64,000 bases of DNA from Methanotrichaceae archaeon. GTDB taxonomy: Archaea > Halobacteriota > Methanosarcinia > Methanotrichales > Methanotrichaceae. Of the stretch, positions 1-10,099 are shown one piece after another. The translations under genes and the position numbers were made by a program. Each line of letters starts with the position of its first letter. The first letter of the stretch is position 1. Under the pieces are notes generated by a model that worked only from the letters and a program-made list of their open reading frames with translations, was not told the origin of the DNA and searched no databases. The stretch lies in the NCBI GenBank assembly GCA_963754945.1, contig CAVWIG010000031.1, forward strand, positions 1-64,000, in the 5' to 3' direction.

Positions 1-55
1 CGACCACAGGTGCTTGAGCATCTCCTTACAAAATATCAATATAGATTGAAAGCAT

Positions 56-140
56 GTACGTGTTTAGCTGGATAGGCTTGCTCTCAGCATCTGGAGACTG
101 TCGAGTCCCTGCTGTCCCCATGTTGCCAGCATTGCCATAA
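56..140 (-). pseudogene. IS66-family (ISBst12-like) transposase 3' remnant with terminal inverted repeat
   Basis: Minus strand reads IMAMLATWGQQGLDSLQMLRASLSS* followed by AACACGTAC. About 72 bp are homologous to 8648-8719. Confidence 0.7.
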
Positions 141-178
141 TATAATGCCTATTGTGATATATATCTTAGTATTTCTCC

Positions 179-1021
179 CTAAGCAATTGGATGCTTGTGT
201 ATACGACATATCATCCAGCCCTCTGTGATTCCATGCGTGCCTTCGCCTCCTTCAGTGCTTATGGTTGCCTGTTCAGCGAGACGTTCTGTTATATTAGTAC
301 GTGTATTGAATCCTGAAATCCAAAAGTCGCCATTTTCGACAAAAAAATCCCACTGGTGAAAACCACTACCAGCATATTTATATCCCATTTCCATTTCGTC
401 AGTGGCTTCATTTGGGACATGTTGCATGAATACCCATCCACCAGGCCGGGTCACAGCAAGCATCTCGTCTATCGCTAAAACTGGGTCATAGCAATGGTCT
501 ATGCTGTTTCTTGCATGAACAAGATCAAAAGAGTTTTTCTCGAAGACTTTGGTTAAGCTTTCTGCTTCAGCTTTGCGAGTTCTAACTATCGGGTTTATGT
601 CTAGCTCGTCCAGAATCTCGTTATAATAATCAGCTAATGCGTCCACAGCCACCAATTCAACCTGATGTCCAGGAAAGATCTTTCCCAACACTGTCAGCGG
701 TCCAGCCCCCACATCAAGGATTCGCACTTTAGACCCCAATGGAGCTTCAAGCAAATCCGTTATTATTTTGTCAAGAGGAGTATCAGGTCTCAATTGGGTT
801 TCATAAAAATCATTCCATGAACTGCCCTTCGTTTGCAGGTAGTCTCTCCAAAAAAGAATTTCCGACGAAATTCCCAATTTCCATAACATTTTTTGTCTAT
901 TAATCCAACCTACTCTCTTAAGTAAATTCAGAGCGAGAAGCTCACATCTCATGCGTGTGTGCAATGATAAGCTCCCGAAATTTTTTATATAATCAAGCGT
1001 CATTATTGCTTTATCACTCAA
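179..1021 (-). CDS. Class I SAM-dependent methyltransferase
   Basis: ILDVGAG motif I; SFDLV..NSIDH and TRPGGWV motifs. Confidence 0.85.
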   Translation of the reverse strand: MSDKAIMTLDYIKNFGSLSLHTRMRCELLALNLLKRVGWINRQKMLWKLGISSEILFWRDYLQTKGSSWNDFYETQLRPDTPLDKIITDLLEAPLGSKVRILDVGAGPLTVLGKIFPGHQVELVAVDALADYYNEILDELDINPIVRTRKAEAESLTKVFEKNSFDLVHARNSIDHCYDPVLAIDEMLAVTRPGGWVFMQHVPNEATDEMEMGYKYAGSGFHQWDFFVENGDFWISGFNTRTNITERLAEQATISTEGGEGTHGITEGWMICRIHKHPIA

Positions 1022-1104
1022 TTGGAGGATGCATGTCTAGGAATTAAAACATTTCCTTCGGGTCAACCCTATCTGCCAATAAGTTGTCGTCATGAGCCAA
1101 CTCA

Positions 1105-2335
1105 GTCAACTACCCCCTCCCTGAAGGGAGGGGGCTTGTAACTCCGCGAAAAATCGGGCTACAATGGGCATATTGACTGATACCCTTGCTCTGATATTCA
1201 GAGCGGCTACTGTGTCAGCGGGATCAGAGAAACCACAGCAAACACAACAAAAATCATCCCTTGTAGGACGGTTGGATCGACTGATATGATGGCAGATAGG
1301 GCATTCCTGGGATGTATAGGCAGGGTCAATGTAGACCACACCAACACCAGCAATGGCGGCTTTGTAGTCTATGAACTGCTTGAGTTGATCGAAACTCCAA
1401 GAGCTTTGTCTATGTCTCCGAGCCTTGGTTCTAACCGTTGTCCTTTCTCTGATGCCACTGAGATCTTCAAGAGCGATCAAAGAAAAGGTGTCTTTGGCTT
1501 TCATAACAAGTTTCTTAGAGATGCAATGGTTAGTATCCCGCTTAAATCGGGCTTCATGACCGGAAAGTCTCTTAAGATGTCTCTTTGCGCTATCGGTGCC
1601 GCTACTCTGAAGGCTGGATTTAAGAGTATCAAGCTTGGTTCGGGTTTTATCGATCTTCTCACCAGAGAATACCTCACCGGTAGAGTCCACGGCTATGTTC
1701 TTGATACCAAGATCCACGCCAATAACATCTTTAGGTATGGTTTGTTTGGGTTCAGGAACTTCGACTACGACACACAGATAGAACTCCCTGTTATGGAAGA
1801 TCAAATCTGCTTGGCCTCTGATCCTGTCCATTCTAGGAGCATGGTAGTCACAGATCTTGATAGGAACCTTAATCCTGCCTTGGAGAGTCAACAAAGAGAC
1901 TTGATCAAGTCCCTTCCAAGACATGATCCTCTGGTCGTATATAACGGCTCCATTGGGATCAAAGGTAGGTTTGATAGACTTGTCTCTCTTATAGGCTTCA
2001 CATGCTTTAGAAATAGCTCTGACGGCCATCTGAGAGGATATACCAAACTTCTCTCTAAGATCCTTATAAACAAATGGCTGCAACTTGATTTTGTTGGCTG
2101 TATGCATTTCAAAAGCAACATTAGCCACATAGTTACAAGCAGCGTTAAACTGATGCATAGTCTTATGGAGAGCGTTCGCTTGCTCTGGTTTAACTTCAAC
2201 CTTAACCTTAAGAGTCTGCATCATGATAGTATAGACAAATATAGTCTATGGTATAAATACTTAACGGAACGGGGAGGCTCAATTCCTCTCAATCCCCTGA
2301 AGGGGATGAGCCTCCTTGAGCAGGAAGCTGTGAAA
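1105..2335 (-). mobile_element. IS200/IS605-family element, TnpB only
   Basis: Right-end hairpin CCCCCTCCC-TGAA-GGGAGGGG with GTCAAC terminus at 1105. Left-end hairpin ATCCCC-TGAA-GGGGAT near 2292-2307. The left boundary is approximate. Confidence 0.85.
1106..2224 (-). CDS. tnpB: TnpB RNA-guided endonuclease
   Basis: RuvC motifs GVDLG, LEDL and ADTVAALNI; YTSQECPIC/CVCCG zinc ribbon. Confidence 0.95.
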   Translation of the reverse strand: MMQTLKVKVEVKPEQANALHKTMHQFNAACNYVANVAFEMHTANKIKLQPFVYKDLREKFGISSQMAVRAISKACEAYKRDKSIKPTFDPNGAVIYDQRIMSWKGLDQVSLLTLQGRIKVPIKICDYHAPRMDRIRGQADLIFHNREFYLCVVVEVPEPKQTIPKDVIGVDLGIKNIAVDSTGEVFSGEKIDKTRTKLDTLKSSLQSSGTDSAKRHLKRLSGHEARFKRDTNHCISKKLVMKAKDTFSLIALEDLSGIRERTTVRTKARRHRQSSWSFDQLKQFIDYKAAIAGVGVVYIDPAYTSQECPICHHISRSNRPTRDDFCCVCCGFSDPADTVAALNIRARVSVNMPIVARFFAELQAPSLQGGGS

Positions 2336-2367
2336 CAACAGCCTCCACCTTTAGAGGATGGAGGCAA

Positions 2368-3210
2368 TCACACATCAGTGATGCTCGCACGTGCGCTGCG
2401 CTTGACAAAGAAGGCTCCAAAATTCGAGTAAAGCGATTTTATGCGATAAGGATGATCATGTTTCGAGAGCCAGTCATGCAATGCCCTGGCACATCCATCC
2501 CAGGAGTAGTAGTCGTCCACGATAACTGTTGCACCCTCTTTCACTATCGGCATCAGATGTTCCAAACAGAGTATTGTACTATCGTACCAGTCGCAGTCAA
2601 GGCGGAGGAGTGAGATCCCGTCTCGACCAAGCTCCGGCGCAAGCTTCGGTACAGTATCGTCAAACCATCCTCGACGTATGCGCGCCTCTTCTTCTGAGAA
2701 CTCGAAACGTTGTGCTGCATCTATAACGCTGGATTCATCGGTTGAACAGTTATCGAAGAACCACTCCGGGTAAGCACATGATTGCCATTTGAGGGCTAGC
2801 GGGCCGTCTCTTTCCCCGGCAGGCGGCAGGCCCTCAAAGCTGTCAAGCAGATAGACCGGCAGCACTACGCGCCCGACTGCGGCACGTTGAGCAAGCAACA
2901 TCGCGAAAGATGTTCCGCCACGCCATGAACCGCACTCAACAATCGCCCCGCTATGCTCTTCGATCGCCAGCCTGGCGGCCTCTTGGATGGCAAAGGCAAT
3001 ACTGGTAGGATGGACCATGGTATAGGGTGCAACGCGGCCAAGGATCCCTGCTACTTTAAAGTCAGAAAGTGGCCCTGGTACCTCTGCTGATTGTCGCATG
3101 CGCTCGAAGCGGGCACCGTGGACCGGGCCAAGTAGGCGGGCAAAGGCACTAGAAGCGACAAGCAAAGAATTGCGACGAAATCCCATATCTGAATCGCCAG
3201 TCAATCGCAT
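2368..3210 (-). CDS. TylF/MycF/NovP-family O-methyltransferase
   Basis: IVECGSWRGG, DSFEGLP, GWFDDT, LDCDWYDS and VDDY motifs. The track start (3249) lies inside the IS right end, so the start was moved to ATG 3210. Confidence 0.9.
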   Translation of the reverse strand: MRLTGDSDMGFRRNSLLVASSAFARLLGPVHGARFERMRQSAEVPGPLSDFKVAGILGRVAPYTMVHPTSIAFAIQEAARLAIEEHSGAIVECGSWRGGTSFAMLLAQRAAVGRVVLPVYLLDSFEGLPPAGERDGPLALKWQSCAYPEWFFDNCSTDESSVIDAAQRFEFSEEEARIRRGWFDDTVPKLAPELGRDGISLLRLDCDWYDSTILCLEHLMPIVKEGATVIVDDYYSWDGCARALHDWLSKHDHPYRIKSLYSNFGAFFVKRSARASITDV

Positions 3211-3264
3211 GAATTGTGACTTCCTCTCCGCCGTGACTACTCCCGCCAATTAATTGGCGGGCAT

Positions 3265-4368
3265 CTAGGCTAGTGCCAGAGACTGTAGTCCCAGTCTTGC
3301 GATATTCAGAGCAGCATTGAGATCCCTGTCTATAGACAAATTGCAATGTGGGCAATCATGTACACGGACAGAAAGATCTTTTTTGACTATTTGACCACAG
3401 CCCGAACACATCTGAGACGTGTTTGCAGGATTAACCAGAACGACCCTTCGACCAGCATCTACCGCTTTGTACGAAGTGTACTGTACCAGCTTATTCCATG
3501 CCGCGTCCAAGATGCTCTTCGCTAGGTTGTGGTTTTCAACCATTTTCGTGATATTCAGATCTTCAAAGCAGATTGTTCCATACCGGTTGACCCAATCTCT
3601 GCTTACCTGTTGAGCAAAGTTATCTCGTCTATTGGCTACTCGTTCATAGAGATGGTTGACGGCTTTGGTTGCCTTCCTTCTCTTTTGTGAACCTTTGGGT
3701 AGCTTATCACGTTTGCTTTGAACTGTCTTGAGTCTTTCTTCATCAGTCAACAGGAATCTAGGATTATCAACAACTTCGCCATCAGATAAGACAGCAAAGT
3801 TCAGGATTCCCATATCGATCCCGACAACCTTCTGAGATGGTGCCAAAGGATGATTGATAGACTCTTCAACCAGGAGAGATACATACCATTTCTTTGTTGC
3901 AGATCTCCGAATAGTCAACCTCTTGACAAACCCTTCGATGGGTCGATGCAACCAGAATTTGATCTCTCCTATCTTTGATAGCCACACCTTATTACCATCG
4001 ATTGAGAAACCGCTTTGTGGATAACTGATGCTGTCGTATCTGTTCTTTCCCTTGAACCTTGGATAACCAGGATATTCTTCACCACATTGAACTCTTCGGA
4101 AGAAAGCCTTGAACGCGAGGTTAACCCTCAGAACCACATCCTGTAGAACCTGAGAATGAACCGTACTTAGTTCAGGCTTAGACTCTTTCCAGATTGGCAG
4201 CATCCTCTTAGATTCAAAATAGCTTACCGATTTGCCTTCTTGTTCAAAAGCGTTCTTTCGCATAGCCAAGGTTTCATTATAGACCCATCGGCATAGATCT
4301 AGCTGCCTGTTCAATATCGCAACCTGCGCTTTGGTTGGCTTGAGTCTATATCGAAACACTTTTGGCAA
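3265..4368 (-). CDS. tnpB: TnpB RNA-guided endonuclease
   Basis: FRYRLKPT HTH start; GIDMG, FEDL and DRDLNAALNI; zinc ribbon. Confidence 0.95.
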   Translation of the reverse strand: MPKVFRYRLKPTKAQVAILNRQLDLCRWVYNETLAMRKNAFEQEGKSVSYFESKRMLPIWKESKPELSTVHSQVLQDVVLRVNLAFKAFFRRVQCGEEYPGYPRFKGKNRYDSISYPQSGFSIDGNKVWLSKIGEIKFWLHRPIEGFVKRLTIRRSATKKWYVSLLVEESINHPLAPSQKVVGIDMGILNFAVLSDGEVVDNPRFLLTDEERLKTVQSKRDKLPKGSQKRRKATKAVNHLYERVANRRDNFAQQVSRDWVNRYGTICFEDLNITKMVENHNLAKSILDAAWNKLVQYTSYKAVDAGRRVVLVNPANTSQMCSGCGQIVKKDLSVRVHDCPHCNLSIDRDLNAALNIARLGLQSLALA

Positions 4369-4369
4369 A

Positions 4370-4780
4370 TCATTTCACCTTTTGTGTTTCGATGTACCTC
4401 TGCACTACATCTTTTGTAGTGTCTCCGCAGGTTCCAACATAGTATGAAGGGTTCCACAGATGACCATTCCAGAGTTTCCTTTTGATTTCTGGATGCTGTT
4501 CAAAGAGCTTCTTTGCAGTGATTCCTTTGAATATCTTGACTATATTTGCGGGAGAGAACTTTGGATGAGCAGTCACGAAAAGGTGAACGTGATCCGGCAT
4601 GATTTCCTGAGTTACGAGATCAATGCCCTTCTTTTGAGCTATCGATTCATGGAGCATATTAAGATCATTGGCTACGCTGCCTGTCAGTACCTTTCTTCGG
4701 TACTTTGTAGACCATACAAAGTGATAATTCACATTGTACACGCATCCACGCGCACTCAACCAATGCTCCTTTTTCGCCAT
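4370..4780 (-). CDS. tnpA: TnpA Y1 (HUH) transposase
   Basis: YHFVWSTKYR, MPDHVH (HUH), LWNPSYY and YIETQ motifs. Start moved to MAKKEHW. Confidence 0.95.
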   Translation of the reverse strand: MAKKEHWLSARGCVYNVNYHFVWSTKYRRKVLTGSVANDLNMLHESIAQKKGIDLVTQEIMPDHVHLFVTAHPKFSPANIVKIFKGITAKKLFEQHPEIKRKLWNGHLWNPSYYVGTCGDTTKDVVQRYIETQKVK

Positions 4781-4886
4781 CTTGAAACATACGTATGGTA
4801 TCCATCTGTATATAGTTATCGCATCATAAGTACGGCTACGGCTGTATCCCGCCTTTGAAAAGGCGGGGATTAGCCCTGTCACGGTC

Positions 4887-5462
4887 CTAAAATGGGATAG
4901 AATCAATGATGTCAAGTGCATTAAATTCGTTTATTGTGATAAAATCATTGTCTGCCATTTTAATCATAGCGCAATATATTAATGGATCTGGCCATCCTCC
5001 ACCACAGGGGCGTTTCTCGTTAATCTGTAGCTCGTATGTGCATGCCCTTGCTAGCTTTTCAAAGGCATCTACCCTATATCTGTAGGGACAGTGCCCCAAC
5101 CAGGTACCGGTAAATGGAACAGTTCGGATTATGAGGCCACCTGACCTTGCCAGTCGATGTATGTTACGATTGACTTCATATGGGTTTTCAACGTGTTCTG
5201 AGCATCCGAAGTCGGTTACAACGTCAAATTTTCCCCATAAACTTCGATCTATAGGAACGCGCAGGTCAACAAGAACTGCACCGTCTAGTCCATTCCAGTC
5301 AAGTGAAACGTGGTCAACCCCAAGCGTGATGAAGATCTTCTTTGCGGATCCACCATCAAACCATATCTGATTGCCGAGTTCACACATTTTCAGCCCTGGA
5401 AGAGGCATGTTGTTAGTTGTTAGGGATTTCAGCAGAAAATCTCTGATATTTTCCGTAATCAT
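4887..5462 (-). CDS. SAM-dependent methyltransferase-like protein
   Basis: MCELG, FDVVTDFGCSEHV and LARSGG motifs. Confidence 0.75.
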   Translation of the reverse strand: MITENIRDFLLKSLTTNNMPLPGLKMCELGNQIWFDGGSAKKIFITLGVDHVSLDWNGLDGAVLVDLRVPIDRSLWGKFDVVTDFGCSEHVENPYEVNRNIHRLARSGGLIIRTVPFTGTWLGHCPYRYRVDAFEKLARACTYELQINEKRPCGGGWPDPLIYCAMIKMADNDFITINEFNALDIIDSIPF

Positions 5463-5497
5463 ATTATCATCCCACCAATCTATGACTACTCGCCGGA

Positions 5498-6826
5498 GTC
5501 AACTACCATGCCCTGAAGGACATGGCTTGCGACTACGCAAAAAGTCGTGTCGCATCTGGCGGGCTGACATTACCGCCCTGAGACTCAAAGATATACCTCA
5601 AGTCTCGTGTTCGGTGCTCTATATTCATGGCACCAACTCTGTCGGCATGGGTTCCATAACCACATTTTTCGCATCGGAAGGTCAATCCACTGCGATTGTT
5701 TCTGCTGATGTGGTTACATCGTGGACAGGTCTGAGAGGTGTGAGCAGGATCGACATAGAGTACGACTATTCCTGCTTCTTTGGCTTTGTACTCAACGAAT
5801 CCTTGTAGCTGCCTAAATGCCCAACTGGAATGTTCATACCGGAACTCTTGGGACACTTTGGTTTCAGTTCTCTTCCTAATGCCTGTTAGATCTTCCATGC
5901 CTATCACTGAAACGTCGTTCTCTGCGGCATACTCAACTAGCCTTCTGGATACAGTGTGATTAACGGCGGTCATAAACCGTGTCTCTCGACCGGCCAGGTT
6001 CCCAAGTAACCTCATGCTGGATCGAGTGCCCAAATATCGACCGCCGGCTTTCCGTAGTCTTCGGCGTTCATTCTTACGAACATTTCTGTGATTCTTGATC
6101 TCACCACCAGCAAAGAACTTACATTTCTTGTCAGTAGTAGATGCAACGGCCAGACAATTAATGCCGACATCTACACCCATGAACGTGGATGCGTCAGTCA
6201 CTTTCTTGTCTGGAATATCCTTCTCACAAGCCAGATGGAAATAATACGCTCCATCTCTATGTAGACAGAGTTTAGAAGCTAGATATCTCCAAGATCCGTC
6301 TAAATATCTCTGAGCATATCGATAATTCAAGAGTTTGTACTTCTTGCGCCCTGCCAAAGTGGTTATACTTAAGGTGTCCTCCGAGAATCCGAAATCACGT
6401 TCGAATGAGAACGTAGCAGACGTTGGACTGAACTGCAAGAGCTGCCATTCGGTTTCTTCGATATTAACCTGTTCCTGAAGTGTCTTGTAGGCTCCCGAAA
6501 CTTGTCTAGCTACATTACAACTCATCTGAGACTTCAGGTTAAGTTCATTCCGCAGATACCTATAGGACAGTTTTTGTATCCTTCCGCTTCCAACAGGCTT
6601 GCCGGTGTCGAACACAATCCGCGAAGCATAATTCATGCCTTGTGAGAAAGCTTTTAGCAGCTCTGCTAGACCGCTATCTGGCGAATCTAGTTTCAGGATT
6701 ATGGTTTTTGTGAGCTGCATGGTTAAGTATATTCACCCGATGCTATATAAGGTTATCTTGGGTGAAAGAGGCTATTACGCGCTCCTCCCTACCCTAGAGA
6801 GATGGGGACTCCGCGCTGTTGCGAAG
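5498..6826 (-). mobile_element. TnpB-only IS200/IS605 element, copy 1 (1329 bp)
   Basis: Near-identical to 8771-10099. Right end GTCAACTACCATGCCC-TGAA-GGACATGG; left-end hairpin near 6785-6808. Confidence 0.92.
5533..6720 (-). CDS. tnpB: TnpB RNA-guided endonuclease
   Basis: GVDVG, MEDL and HADRVGAMNI; CPRC/CEKC zinc ribbon. Confidence 0.95.
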   Translation of the reverse strand: MQLTKTIILKLDSPDSGLAELLKAFSQGMNYASRIVFDTGKPVGSGRIQKLSYRYLRNELNLKSQMSCNVARQVSGAYKTLQEQVNIEETEWQLLQFSPTSATFSFERDFGFSEDTLSITTLAGRKKYKLLNYRYAQRYLDGSWRYLASKLCLHRDGAYYFHLACEKDIPDKKVTDASTFMGVDVGINCLAVASTTDKKCKFFAGGEIKNHRNVRKNERRRLRKAGGRYLGTRSSMRLLGNLAGRETRFMTAVNHTVSRRLVEYAAENDVSVIGMEDLTGIRKRTETKVSQEFRYEHSSWAFRQLQGFVEYKAKEAGIVVLYVDPAHTSQTCPRCNHISRNNRSGLTFRCEKCGYGTHADRVGAMNIEHRTRDLRYIFESQGGNVSPPDATRLFA

Positions 6827-7075
6827 TTGAAGCAAGATTAGCTCTAAGAACCACGTTCTGTAGAACCTAGGAATGGGGTTCCTTGAGTTCTGGTTTGTTT
6901 CCAGATCGGCAACATCCTCTTTGTTTCAAAGTAGCTTACTGATCGTTCTTCCTGTTCATAGTCATTCTTTTGCATAGCCCAAGTTTCGTTGTAAACCCAA
7001 CAGCAAGCTTCAGGCTACTATTGAGCTTTCCAATTTGCGCTCTTATTGGTTTAAGTGAAATACTTTAGTCATCAT
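6827..7075 (-). pseudogene. tnpB: Decayed 5' fragment of tnpB related to 3265-4368
   Basis: Frameshifted. WVYNETWAMQKN, SVSYFETKRMLPIWK and LQNVVLRANL match the N-terminus of the 3265-4368 TnpB. Confidence 0.85.
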
Positions 7076-7147
7076 ATTCAATTCAGGCTAATAAGCTTAA
7101 CGAATTATAGGGACGGCTGTACCCTCCTAGAGAGCTACATATAATAT

Positions 7148-7183
7148 GTCAAGTACCACAGCCTGAAGGCTGAGGTAGTTGAC
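7148..7183. repeat. 36-bp palindromic miniature IS200/IS605-end-like element
   Basis: GTCAAGTACCACAGCC-TGAA-GGCTGAGGTAGTTGAC. Confidence 0.75.
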
Positions 7184-7255
7184 AGGAAATGATGTTATCT
7201 GCATCTAGCCATGTGATCCAAACATTCTGATTTATCGGCTTCAGAGAGGAGCAAG

Positions 7256-8212
7256 CTAGATGTAGATCCCTTTGTCTGGCTCAACATGAATCGTCTGCAG
7301 AACTCCACGGGGGAAATACATGGTCTTTTGGAAGTCGTGCTGACTATCGTAAACCCTGATCACATGGTTCTGGTCACCATTAGCCCAGAAGGGGAACGTT
7401 CCGTCAGACCCAGACCCCACATTGCCTATATATTTTCCATCCAAAAAGACCTGAGAACCTTTCATGCCCTGAGAAAGCAAGTGAATCGGTGTATCTCCTA
7501 CGGATTGGACAGGAGATTGAGACGAGACAGGTGGCTGAGACGGGACTGTAGAATGGGATATGGAAGGAGGACGAATTGGCAAGTAATTAGGTTGAATTGG
7601 TGTATATATGGGTGTTAGTACTGGCTGCTGGTATGGCGGCTCATAGGTTGTCACCTCAATGACTATCGCATTGCTTACTTGACCATTTATGGCGAAGAGT
7701 AATATGTGCTGTCCAATCGAATCCGCATAGAAGTTTATTTGATTATTTCCTTGATAGAAGTAGTATGAATTCTTATACAACTGTCCATCAGGGGTTATCT
7801 CATAAAGGTAACCATTACCACCGGTTGCTGATGTCGCAACTAATGACAAGCTTGCACCTTGAGGGACTATGGCGTACTGTGTCCAGCTCGAAGGACCTTG
7901 TATCCAGAGAGAATTGCCCCCCGTGTATGTAGCATAGGTCTGGTATTGAGTATATGGCACTGCCTGCATCTCATTGCCGAAGTAAACCATCGCAGGTGTG
8001 CCTTTCGTCACTTGTCTTACTGGAGCTTCGATGTGCGTCTTCGGGACAGGTCCATTCGGTATGCTATAATACTGAGAATATTGAGAAACGGATACACTTG
8101 AAGAAGTAGGATTTCCTCCAGGTTGCATCACCAATCCGCTTTGCTCATCCAATGCCAGAACACACCCCATAAAAGATAATATGAGGATTATCGATATCAA
8201 TATCTTATTCAT
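7256..8212 (-). CDS. Secreted/surface hypothetical protein with Pro-rich linker and PEGA-like C-terminus
   Basis: Signal peptide MNKILISIILILSF; Tyr/Gln-rich; QVFLDGKYIG motif. Confidence 0.7.
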   Translation of the reverse strand: MNKILISIILILSFMGCVLALDEQSGLVMQPGGNPTSSSVSVSQYSQYYSIPNGPVPKTHIEAPVRQVTKGTPAMVYFGNEMQAVPYTQYQTYATYTGGNSLWIQGPSSWTQYAIVPQGASLSLVATSATGGNGYLYEITPDGQLYKNSYYFYQGNNQINFYADSIGQHILLFAINGQVSNAIVIEVTTYEPPYQQPVLTPIYTPIQPNYLPIRPPSISHSTVPSQPPVSSQSPVQSVGDTPIHLLSQGMKGSQVFLDGKYIGNVGSGSDGTFPFWANGDQNHVIRVYDSQHDFQKTMYFPRGVLQTIHVEPDKGIYI

Positions 8213-8468
8213 ATCTAACACCCGTGTTATCGTATGACTCAATCAACTGCTGTTCCGTTGCTCTGCCTTCGACCCAATTATCTTGAGTCGTGCGAAGTTC
8301 TTAACAAATGGGAATGAGTCGCCAAGATATAAGTATTTATTTTTCATATCAAGTCGATATCAATATGATCTGAAGAGCAGAAAGTCCTTCTCTCTTGCAG
8401 TCAATTCGTATGTTTCTATTGTATGTTCTCTCTCCATCTGCGGGTTCCGGTCGCGGGTGTAGGCTATA

Positions 8469-8722
8469 AAGTTCATTGGCAAGATTAACAACGGCTTCGA
8501 GTACTGGTTCACGTTTATCATTCAGCTTGATGTAGAGCTTACCAATAGCAGAGCAGAAAGGACGCAACGCGAGCATGTCGTTTGAGGATTATCTTGGGTA
8601 CGTTGCGCAATAACAAAGGGACTTCGATTCATGAACGATCATGACCGTGCTGGCGACGTGGGGGCAACAGGGACTCAATAGTCTTCAGATGCTAAGATCA
8701 AGCCTATCCAGCTAAACACTAC
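8469..8722 (+). pseudogene. IS66-family transposase C-terminal remnant with right TIR
   Basis: KINNGFEYWFTFII..VELTNSRAERTQREHVV..GTLRNNKGTSIHE..LATWGQQG, a degenerate TNNxAERALR motif; ends GCTAAACAC-TAC. Confidence 0.8.
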
Positions 8723-8770
8723 GATTATTGGAACACCTCTTAACAAGAAAATGGCTTTGATATGTGGCAT

Positions 8771-10099
8771 GTCAACTACCATGCCCTGAAGGACATGGCT
8801 TGCGACTACGCAAAAAGTCGTGTCGCGTCTGGCGGGCTGACATTACCGCCCTGAGACTCAAAGATATACCTCAAGTCTCGTGTTCGGTGCTCTATATTCA
8901 TGGCACCAACTCTGTCGGCATGGGTTCCATAACCACATTTTTCGCATCGGAAGGTCAATCTACTGCGATTGTTTCTGCTGATGTGGTTACATCGTGGACA
9001 GGTCTGAGAGGTGTGAGCAGGATCGACATAGAGTACGACTATTCCTGCTTCTTTGGCTTTGTACTCAACGAATCCTTGTAGCTGCCTAAATGCCCAACTG
9101 GAATGTTCATACCGGAACTCTTGGGACACTTTGGTTTCAGTTCTCTTCCTAATGCCTGTTAGATCTTCCATGCCTATCACTGAAACGTCGTTCTCTGCGG
9201 CATACTCAACTAGCCTTCTGGATACAGTGTGATTAACGGCGGTCATAAACCGTGTCTCTCGACCGGCCAGGTTCCCAAGTAACCTCATGCTGGATCGAGT
9301 GCCCAAATATCGACCGCCGGCTTTCTGTAGTCTTCGGCGTTCATTCTTACGAACATTTCTGTGATTCTTGATCTCACCACCAGCAAAGAACTTACATTTC
9401 TTGTCAGTAGTAGATGCAACGGCCAGACAATTAATGCCGACATCTACACCCATGAACGTGGATGCGTCAGTCACTTTCTTGTCTGGAATATCCTTCTCAC
9501 AAGCCAGATGGAAATAATACGCTCCATCTCTATGTAGACAGAGTTTAGAAGCTAGATATCTCCAAGATCCGTCTAAATATCTCTGAGCATATCGATAATT
9601 CAAGAGTTTGTACTTCTTGCGCCCTGCCAAAGTGGTTATACTTAAGGTGTCCTCCGAGAATCCGAAATCACGTTCGAATGAGAACGTAGCAGACGTTGGA
9701 CTGAACTGCAAGAGCTGCCATTCGGTTTCTTCGATATTAACCTGTTCCTGAAGTGTCTTGTAGGCTCCCGAAACTTGTCTAGCTACATTACAACTCATCT
9801 GAGACTTCAGGTTAAGTTCATTCCGCAGATACCTATAGGACAGTTTTTGTATCCTTCCGCTTCCAACAGGCTTGCCGGTGTCGAACACAATCCGCGAAGC
9901 ATAATTCATGCCTTGTGAGAAAGCTTTTAGCAGCTCTGCTAGACCGCTATCTGGCGAATCTAGTTTCAGGATTATGGTTTTTGTGAGCTGCATGGTTAAG
10001 TATATTCACCCGATGCTATATAAGGTTATCTTGGGTGAAAGAGGCTATTACGCGCTCCTCCCTACCCTAAAGAGATGGGGACTCCGCGCTGTTGCGAAG
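8771..10099 (-). mobile_element. TnpB-only IS200/IS605 element, copy 2 (1329 bp)
   Basis: Only about four substitutions seen relative to copy 1. Confidence 0.92.
8806..9993 (-). CDS. tnpB: TnpB RNA-guided endonuclease
   Basis: Differs from 5533-6720 at two residues. Confidence 0.95.
   Translation of the reverse strand: MQLTKTIILKLDSPDSGLAELLKAFSQGMNYASRIVFDTGKPVGSGRIQKLSYRYLRNELNLKSQMSCNVARQVSGAYKTLQEQVNIEETEWQLLQFSPTSATFSFERDFGFSEDTLSITTLAGRKKYKLLNYRYAQRYLDGSWRYLASKLCLHRDGAYYFHLACEKDIPDKKVTDASTFMGVDVGINCLAVASTTDKKCKFFAGGEIKNHRNVRKNERRRLQKAGGRYLGTRSSMRLLGNLAGRETRFMTAVNHTVSRRLVEYAAENDVSVIGMEDLTGIRKRTETKVSQEFRYEHSSWAFRQLQGFVEYKAKEAGIVVLYVDPAHTSQTCPRCNHISRNNRSRLTFRCEKCGYGTHADRVGAMNIEHRTRDLRYIFESQGGNVSPPDATRLFA

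Larger units (their letters stand above)
3233..4880 (-). mobile_element. IS605-type element with tnpA + tnpB (potentially autonomous)
   Basis: Right-end hairpin CCCGCCAAT-ATTGGCGGG plus AGTAGTCAC terminus; left-end hairpin CCCGCCTTTGAAAAGGCGGG near 4848-4867. Confidence 0.9.

Noticed and set aside
1286-2431. 381-aa plus-strand ORF and similar long antisense ORFs elsewhere
   Set aside because: They shadow well-supported opposite-strand genes and have no motifs.
56-8722. Composite transposon bounded by the two inverted IS66 relic ends
   Set aside because: The flanks (GAAAGCAT versus GATTATTG) show no 8-bp duplication and both ends are decayed.
1106-9993. Nuclease-dead TnpB (TldR-like) regulators
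   Set aside because: All three RuvC acidic residues are present in each intact copy, and IS ends are retained.
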